Of a DNA stretch of 64,000 nt, positions 62,120-64,000 are shown in pieces. A program made the translations under genes and the position numbers. Position 1 is the stretch's first letter; each line of letters begins with the position of its first letter. Source of the stretch: an uncultured Phenylobacterium sp. (GTDB taxonomy: Bacteria > Pseudomonadota > Alphaproteobacteria > Caulobacterales > Caulobacteraceae); contig CAZERE010000001.1 in the NCBI GenBank assembly GCA_964515365.1, positions 14,181-78,180 of the forward strand. Direction: 5' to 3'. The notes under the pieces are model-generated. The model ran no database searches. It was given only the letters and a program-made list of their open reading frames with translations, and was not told the DNA's origin.

Positions 62120-63151
62120 ATGAGCGTGTCGCCGCTGCAAGACCTGGTCGAGACCGTGCTGGGCGCCGACCGCTCCGATGAGATGTTCCAGCTGCTGGTC
62201 GTGCATCCCGACCTGATGGCCCCGGCCGAGGGAGTCAGCCGCGCGGTCATGGCCCAGGCCCTGAACATGGTGCTGTTCAGCGACCTGCTGCTTCGGGTGC
62301 CGGCCGCGGCGGACTATGCTGCCGACTGCCTGCGGGACGGTCGGACCATCTTCCATGACCATGGCGCGGTGCGCACGGTGGTGATGAGCGGCATGGGCGC
62401 GCTGCCGTCCGGCGAGGCCGCCGTGGTGCGCGTGCTGAAGCCGTTGGGCTACCAGCAGAACGGGCTCTATCCCCTGGAGCGCCTGAAGATGACGGGGCGC
62501 TCCTACGCCCATCTCGACTATCCCGAGGACATCGCCCAGTTCTTCGTCAGCGAGCTGCACACCGACCGGTTCTCGCCGGACTTCGTCAAGGCCGCCCGCG
62601 CCGTCACCGCCACGTCCCGCGACCCGCTGTCGGATGCGGCCAAGGCCGTGCTGGCGACATTCCAGGCCAAGGGCGAGGTGGATCTCGCCGCGGCGGCCGC
62701 CGTCCTGCCCGTCCTGGCGGCCTGCTTTGACCGCCAGCACGACGCGCCGGCCCGGGCCGACTACGAGGCCCTGCTGGCGGAGTCGGCCGAAATGGCCTGG
62801 ATCGCCACCGAGGGGAACGCCTTCAACCACGCCACCGACCGGGTGGACGACGTCGAGGCCGTGGCCGAAGCCCAGAAGACCCTGGGCCGGCCGATGAAGG
62901 ACACGGTCGAAGTCTCGGGCTCGGGCCGTGTGCGGCAGACCGCCTTCCGCGCCGCCCAGGTGATGCGGGACTTCGTGGACGCCGACGGGGCCACGGTCAC
63001 GCGGTCGGCGCCCGGCTCCTTCTACGAGTTCATCACCCGCCTGCAGATGACCGACGAGAAGACCGGCCGCCCGCGCCTGGACCTCGCCTTTGACAGCTCC
63101 AACGCCCAGGGCATCTTCAAGATGACCGCCGCGGCCGGCGCCGATCGCTGA
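62120..63151 (+). CDS. DUF1338-family 2-oxoadipate dioxygenase/decarboxylase (HglS-like)
   Basis: Fe-ligand motifs DHGAVRT, FNHATDRV, FYEFITR; FVSEL; NAQGIF. Confidence 0.82.
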   Translation: MSVSPLQDLVETVLGADRSDEMFQLLVVHPDLMAPAEGVSRAVMAQALNMVLFSDLLLRVPAAADYAADCLRDGRTIFHDHGAVRTVVMSGMGALPSGEAAVVRVLKPLGYQQNGLYPLERLKMTGRSYAHLDYPEDIAQFFVSELHTDRFSPDFVKAARAVTATSRDPLSDAAKAVLATFQAKGEVDLAAAAAVLPVLAACFDRQHDAPARADYEALLAESAEMAWIATEGNAFNHATDRVDDVEAVAEAQKTLGRPMKDTVEVSGSGRVRQTAFRAAQVMRDFVDADGATVTRSAPGSFYEFITRLQMTDEKTGRPRLDLAFDSSNAQGIFKMTAAAGADR

Positions 63152-63154
63152 GGC

Positions 63155-64000
63155 ATGAACGCCCAACTCGCCGCCGACCTTGCGAAACTGGTGGGCGACG
63201 ACGCTCTGCTGACGGCGCCGGAGGACCTGCGGGCCTATGATCAGGCGGCGCGCTATGAGGGCGGCCGCGCCGCGGTGGTGGTCCGGCCCCGCACCCCGGC
63301 CGGCGTCTCGGCGATCGTCGCCTGGTGTGTCAGCCACCAGGTGGCGCTGGCGGTCCAGGGCGCCAATACGGGCCTGGTCGGCGCCTCGACGGCGGACGAC
63401 AGCGGCCGTCAGGTTCTGCTCAGCCTGGAGCGGCTGCAGGCGCCGCTGGAGATCGACCCCATCAACCGCAGCGTCCGCGCCGGCGCCGGCGTCCGCCTCT
63501 CGGCCGTCAACGCCGCCCTGCAGCCGCACGGCCTCTTCCTACCCATCGACCTGGGCGCCGACCCCACCGTCGGCGGCATGGCGGCGACCAACACCGGCGG
63601 CGCCCGCTTCATCCGCTATGGCGACATGCGCCGGCAGGTGCTCGGCCTGGAGATGGTCCTGGCCGACGCGGCCGGAACGGTGGTGCGACTGCGCCGCGGC
63701 CTGCGGAAGGACAATACCGGCCTCGACCTGCGCCAAGTGGTGATCGGGGCCGGCGGCGCGCTCGGCGTCATCACCGCCGTGGAGTTCGAGGCTCATCCCC
63801 TTCCCGCCCAGACCGCAGCGGCCCTGGTGCTGCTGGAGGACCTCGACACCGCCCTGCCGCTCCTCCTGCACATGGAACGGGAAGGCGGCGAGACCCTGTC
63901 GGCCTTCGAGGGCATGTCCCGGGCCGCCCTGGCCGCGGCGCTGACTCACGGGCCAGGGCTGCGAAACCCCTTCGCAGGCGGCCTGCCGCCCTATGCGGTG
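63155..64000 (+). CDS. FAD-binding oxidoreductase (D-2-hydroxyglutarate dehydrogenase-like); truncated by window edge
   Basis: Manual translation from ATG 63155: VVRPRT, QGANTGLVGAS, DLGADPTVGGMAATNTGG, RKDNTG.DL. Confidence 0.88.
   Translation, partial: MNAQLAADLAKLVGDDALLTAPEDLRAYDQAARYEGGRAAVVVRPRTPAGVSAIVAWCVSHQVALAVQGANTGLVGASTADDSGRQVLLSLERLQAPLEIDPINRSVRAGAGVRLSAVNAALQPHGLFLPIDLGADPTVGGMAATNTGGARFIRYGDMRRQVLGLEMVLADAAGTVVRLRRGLRKDNTGLDLRQVVIGAGGALGVITAVEFEAHPLPAQTAAALVLLEDLDTALPLLLHMEREGGETLSAFEGMSRAALAAALTHGPGLRNPFAGGLPPYAV

Overview
GC-rich alphaproteobacterial chromosome segment, probably Caulobacteraceae (inferred from gene style, TonB receptors and promoter motifs). I saw no rRNA, tRNA, CRISPR array, transposase or integrase. 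Contents in order: (1) an OmpR-type regulator facing two secreted proteins; (2) a Fur-boxed TonB receptor/PepSY iron module, chrA and a MocR-DUF983 pair; (3) an uncharacterised CoA-dependent cluster with two convergent TetR genes and a three-copy asymmetric motif; (4) a HisKA_2 kinase and a translationally coupled glgE-treS/mak-glgB-[glgX::treZ fusion]-malQ-treY operon, part of a dispersed SigT/EcfG-type stress regulon (five promoter matches); (5) ble-like and Lnu/ANT(2'')-like resistance homologues; (6) an ECF sigma/FecR module with two TonB receptors and a shared promoter motif; (7) Mn catalase and a DUF1428-VOC fusion; (8) a putative organic-acid catabolic island. Region 8 is the best candidate for an undescribed system. 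It encodes a TonB receptor, a CitMHS transporter, AtuA-like and DUF4387 proteins, a non-canonical LeuCD, a D-2-hydroxyacid dehydrogenase and a VanR-like GntR with a vanO-like operator, next to HglS (DUF1338) and an FAD oxidoreductase. Family assignments come from remembered motifs; no database search was run.
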